From an uncultured Bacteroidota bacterium (GTDB taxonomy: Bacteria; Bacteroidota; Bacteroidia; Bacteroidales; WCHB1-69): DNA of 49,734 bases. A program made the position numbers and the translations under genes. The DNA is taken from contig CACXUB010000010.1 of the NCBI GenBank assembly GCA_902770735.1, positions 1 through 49,734 of the forward strand. The letters run 5' to 3'. Below, one piece after another: positions 46,207-49,734 of this stretch. Each line of letters starts with the position of its first letter. Within the stretch, counting starts at the first letter, position 1. Below the pieces are notes generated by a model. It ran no database searches. It was not told where the DNA came from and saw only the letters and a program-made list of their open reading frames with translations.

Positions 46207-47886
46207 CTATTGATTATGTTTTGTTTGCGTTGACTTCAGCATTTCGCGGGCGGTGGCCACGGCCGACTCAGTGCGGTTTTCGCCGCTCATCATCGTGGCA
46301 ATCATCTCTTCCCGTTCGTGCATTTCCAATTCTTTGATATTTGTATATGTTTGATTGTCAGTTGTTTGCTTGTAAACTAAAAGGTGCTGGTTGCCACTTG
46401 CGGCAATCTGCGGGAGGTGCGTGATGGCAATCACTTGGTGGTTTTCCGCCAGCAGCTGCATCATCTGGGCCACTTTTGATGCCGTTTCGCCGGAGATGCC
46501 TGTGTCGATTTCGTCGAAGATGATGGTGGGCAGGAACATGGAGTCGCTGATGATGGACTTGAGGCAGAGCATGATGCGCGACATTTCTCCGCCGGATGCG
46601 ATTTTGGTGATGTCGGCGGGCTCCACGCCGGCGTTGGCGGAGAACAGGAAGGCGGCGGTGTCGCTGCCGTTCTCCCGATAGTCACCGGTGCTCGTCAGCG
46701 TGACGTTGAAGCGGCTGTCGGTCATGCCCAAGCGGTGAAGACGCTCTTGCATCGCCGTAACTAATTGCGGAATAGCCTTTTGTCTCGTTTCTGACAATTC
46801 TGCCGCAAGATTCCGAACTTCCGATTCCAGCGTCTGAGTCTCTTTCTCCATCTCCGTCAGCTGCTCTTTGTTGTCGCTGTATTGCGCCACCTCTTGTCGG
46901 GCGTTTTCCAGCAGTTGCAGCAGTCCTTCGTTGTTCGTCGCATCATATTTCTTCTGAAGCGTGAACAGCGTGTCGAGGCGTTCGTTCAGCTGCTCCGTAA
47001 GGGCGGGGTTGACCTCCACGGAGTCGTTCTTGCGTGACATTTCGTAGGCGAGATCCTGCGTTTCCGTCAGCAGATTCTCGATTCTCTGGTTGAATGCAAC
47101 ATAATCTCCGCCCATGTTTTCCAAAGGACGGCATTCCTGCTGCAGTCTTTTCATCATATATAATATATTGTCACTTTCCTGCTCCGACAAAATACCTGTG
47201 GCATTGTAGAGGTGTGACTTGATGGCTTCGGCGTGTGACAGCTCTTGGATTCTCGATTCGATTTCCTCTTGTTCGCCCGCTTTGATTTCCGCTTTTTCTA
47301 ACTCCTCGATGGTGAAGAGGTTATAGTGGTAATGTTGGGCCTCCTCGGTGCATTTTTCCTTAAGAGTCTCCAACGCTGATTTTTTCTGATGCCACTGGCG
47401 GAGTGTTTGTTGATATTGGCTTGCAACCTGCTGGTTTTGGGCGAATTGGTCAATCAGGCGAAGTCGAAAATCGGCGTTTTGCAGCATCAGGGTCTGGTGT
47501 TGCGAGTGGATGTCCACTAACAGCGCCGAAACGGATTTCAGGATGTTGAGATTGACGGGGGTGTCGTTGATGAAGGCGCGGGATTTCCCGTGCTCGTTGA
47601 TTTCGCGACGGATGAGGGTGTCGTCTTGATAATCGAGGTCGTATTGTTCAAACAGCGGTTGCAGGTGGAGCTGCCGTATGTCGAAAGTCGCTTCCACGAT
47701 GCATTTCCGGGATTTGTCGAAGAGCACGTCGGTGTCGGCGCGGTTGCCCAAGATGAGCGACAGCGCCCCCATAAGGATGGATTTGCCGGCACCGGTTTCG
47801 CCGGTGATGACAATCAAGCCTTGCTGAAATGGAATTTCCAAAGACCTAATAATCGCATAATTCTCTATCTGTAAAGAGGTTAGCAT
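46207..47886 (-). CDS. recN: DNA repair protein RecN
   Basis: ITGETGAGKS, SRAFIND.PV, IHSQH, ASGGEMSRIML, FDEIDTGISG, ITHLPQIA. Confidence 0.96.
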   Translation of the reverse strand: MLTSLQIENYAIIRSLEIPFQQGLIVITGETGAGKSILMGALSLILGNRADTDVLFDKSRKCIVEATFDIRQLHLQPLFEQYDLDYQDDTLIRREINEHGKSRAFINDTPVNLNILKSVSALLVDIHSQHQTLMLQNADFRLRLIDQFAQNQQVASQYQQTLRQWHQKKSALETLKEKCTEEAQHYHYNLFTIEELEKAEIKAGEQEEIESRIQELSHAEAIKSHLYNATGILSEQESDNILYMMKRLQQECRPLENMGGDYVAFNQRIENLLTETQDLAYEMSRKNDSVEVNPALTEQLNERLDTLFTLQKKYDATNNEGLLQLLENARQEVAQYSDNKEQLTEMEKETQTLESEVRNLAAELSETRQKAIPQLVTAMQERLHRLGMTDSRFNVTLTSTGDYRENGSDTAAFLFSANAGVEPADITKIASGGEMSRIMLCLKSIISDSMFLPTIIFDEIDTGISGETASKVAQMMQLLAENHQVIAITHLPQIAASGNQHLLVYKQTTDNQTYTNIKELEMHEREEMIATMMSGENRTESAVATAREMLKSTQTKHNQ

Positions 47887-47891
47887 TGCGA

Positions 47892-48794
47892 TTATTTTGA
47901 TGAGGAGTTGATGGCGTCGTAGGCGGAGGAGTTGGTGGGGTCAATTTGTTTCATGATATTGATCACCTGGGTTTTCTCCGACGGCATGCCTTCTTTGAAA
48001 ATGTTGATGATTTCGTCCTTCTTGGTGTTCAGGATGATGCGGACCACGGCGAGGTTGGATTTCTGGGCGTTAACTTGTTGCAACAGTTTGAGGCTTTCAA
48101 GGATGACGGCGCGGCCGGCATCGGGGGTCTCGTACATGACATCCAGACCTAAACGGTGGTATTGGTAGTAAAAATCGTGGATTTTGCTGTAGGTGGAGTT
48201 GGTGAAGTTCTCGGTGATCCAGTAGCGGTTGTTTTGTCCGCTCTCGGCCACACTCCAACCCACATCCTTGGTGTTCAGATTCACGGTGTTCTGGCATTTT
48301 GCGAAGTAGGGGGAGCCGCCGTTGGGGGAGAACGAATCGAGCTCCACGGCGATGAACAGGTTCAGGTAGTAGGCGATGAGCGACGTGAGCTCCGACAGGC
48401 TGGCGTTTTCGTCGTATTCCAGCGGGTCGCCGTCCGCATATCTGAATTTCACCTTTTTGTCCTGGAAGCTCATCAAGGTCGTTTTGTAGCTGGCCTTATA
48501 GACAGGGCGTTGAAGCACCAGCGTGGCCGTGCCCTCGTACTCGTCACCGGAGGCTTTGGTCAGGTTGATGGAGATGGAGCACTCGATGCGCTCGTTCTGT
48601 TTCAGGTTGTACTGGCACCATTTGCGTTCGTGGACGAAGGAGTAGATTTTCTGCCGTAACTCGTTGTAACGCTGTTGGTTGCCACTGCTTGAAATCTGGG
48701 TGGTGTTCAGAGATACCGCGCATTGGAAATCCTGGGCCTTCAGGGTTCCGAGGGTCAGCATTGTCATGAGCAGTAATCCGATAATACGTTTCAT
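47892..48794 (-). CDS. porD: DUF4835 family protein (PorD-like)
   Basis: Signal peptide, ERIEC, RPVY..SY.T, DSFS.NGG.PY, NRYW, YHRLGLD; conserved position between coaBC and recN. Confidence 0.8.
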   Translation of the reverse strand: MKRIIGLLLMTMLTLGTLKAQDFQCAVSLNTTQISSSGNQQRYNELRQKIYSFVHERKWCQYNLKQNERIECSISINLTKASGDEYEGTATLVLQRPVYKASYKTTLMSFQDKKVKFRYADGDPLEYDENASLSELTSLIAYYLNLFIAVELDSFSPNGGSPYFAKCQNTVNLNTKDVGWSVAESGQNNRYWITENFTNSTYSKIHDFYYQYHRLGLDVMYETPDAGRAVILESLKLLQQVNAQKSNLAVVRIILNTKKDEIINIFKEGMPSEKTQVINIMKQIDPTNSSAYDAINSSSK

Positions 48795-48806
48795 AGTTGT
48801 TTCGAT

Positions 48807-49733
48807 TTAGGGGTGAATATATATCTTCGCCGTTTGCAGGATTTCCTCTGCGATTTCCTGTTTGCTTTTCAGCTCGCTGGCGAACTCCCGTCCGTCCTTG
48901 CTGAAAATGGTCACCTGGTTGGTGGCGGTGCGGAAGCCTGCGCCGGCGGTTCGCAGGGAGTTGAGAACGATGAGATCCGCGTTTTTATTGTGCAGTTTCT
49001 TCTTGGCGTTCTCCACCTCGTTTTCCGTCTCGAGCGCGAAGCCGATGAGCAGTTGGTTGTCGCGCTTGATTTTCCCGACGGAGGCCAAGATGTCTTTCGT
49101 TTTGACCAACTCCACCGACAGTTGTGCGAAGTCTTTCTTGATTTTTTCGGGGGCCACGTGGGCGGGTGTGTAGTCGGCTACGGCCGCGGACATGATGATG
49201 ATGTCTTGATTGTCAACCAATTGCATGCACTGCTGGTACATTTCCTCCGCTGTTTTCACATCGTAGCGGTGGATGTTGCGGTGGCGGGCGGTGCAGCTGC
49301 TGGGCCCGGTGACGAGCGAGACTTCGGCGCCTTTTCGGGCGGCGGCTTCGGCGAGACAGAATCCCATGAGGCCGGAGGAGTGGTTGCCGATGAAGCGCAC
49401 GGGGTCGATGGGCTCGTAGGTCGGGCCGGCCGTGATCATCACTTTTTTGCCTTGCAGGGAGTTGTCTTCCGACAGGAACTCATCCACGGTTTCGAAGATC
49501 TCTTCTGGTTCCTGCATTCTTCCGCTGCCGGAGGTGCCGCAGGCTAAGAATCCTTCGTTCGGGGAGAGGATGTGGCAGCCGCCGATCACGCAGTGCCTGC
49601 ATCCGAAATTGTCCCGCATTTCCTGGGTATCGACATCGGTCAGGAAATAGTCAGGGCCGAGAATCTTGTAGATTTTCTGCGCTTCTTCGTAGGTGCGGTC
49701 GCTCCATTCATGATAGATGTCGTGGTTGCCCGG
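48807..49733 (-). CDS. coaBC: CoaBC C-terminal part (CoaB + end of CoaC) joined in frame to a metallophosphoesterase-like segment; 5' end outside window
   Basis: GFLACG..G.GRM.EP, ITAGPTYEPIDPVRFIGNHSSG.MG, AAVADY, GFALET. The upstream frame is open to the window edge and reads PGNHDIYHEW..., unlike CoaC. Confidence 0.75.
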   Translation of the reverse strand, partial: PGNHDIYHEWSDRTYEEAQKIYKILGPDYFLTDVDTQEMRDNFGCRHCVIGGCHILSPNEGFLACGTSGSGRMQEPEEIFETVDEFLSEDNSLQGKKVMITAGPTYEPIDPVRFIGNHSSGLMGFCLAEAAARKGAEVSLVTGPSSCTARHRNIHRYDVKTAEEMYQQCMQLVDNQDIIIMSAAVADYTPAHVAPEKIKKDFAQLSVELVKTKDILASVGKIKRDNQLLIGFALETENEVENAKKKLHNKNADLIVLNSLRTAGAGFRTATNQVTIFSKDGREFASELKSKQEIAEEILQTAKIYIHP

Positions 49734-49734
49734 C

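Overview
Bacteroidales-type chromosomal window: TAnnTTTG -7 promoter boxes, a T9SS-CTD protein and coaBC-porD-recN synteny. It has four blocks. (1) 1-6.7 kb is an AT-rich defence-like cluster on the minus strand. It encodes an ABC/AAA_21 ATPase, a small TOPRIM-like protein, a WYL regulator, and a >=1238-codon ORF missing from the ORF track (3714->1, open at the window edge). That ORF reads as up to three tandem N6-methyltransferase-like folds, an HsdS-like region and the probable start of a histidine-kinase H-box. (2) 7-15.6 kb holds housekeeping genes (rluE-like, M14 carboxypeptidase, uvrC, two cytidylate-kinase-like paralogs, RsmI-like MTase) and ends in tRNA-Leu(TAA) and tRNA-Gly(GCC). (3) 15.7-41.6 kb is an accessory region with no visible integrase, rich in nucleic-acid repair and conflict genes: DUF2779 nuclease, rtcB-prfH, AAA ATPase, EcoRI-family MTase with DUF262-HNH, class III Fic, PARG-like TIGR02452 and an AddAB-like helicase-nuclease pair. 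(4) 41.6-49.7 kb is housekeeping (esterase, O-antigen ligase, trmD, O-MTase, xseB, recN, porD, a chimeric-looking coaBC). The strongest novel signal is an 11-bp palindrome TGCTA(C/A)T(A/C)GCA. It occurs 7 times in block 3, always exactly 28 bp upstream of a -7 promoter box, and once sits symmetrically between two divergent promoters. This points to an undescribed activator regulon for DNA-damage or anti-phage genes. All family assignments come from motif recognition by eye, not from database searches.
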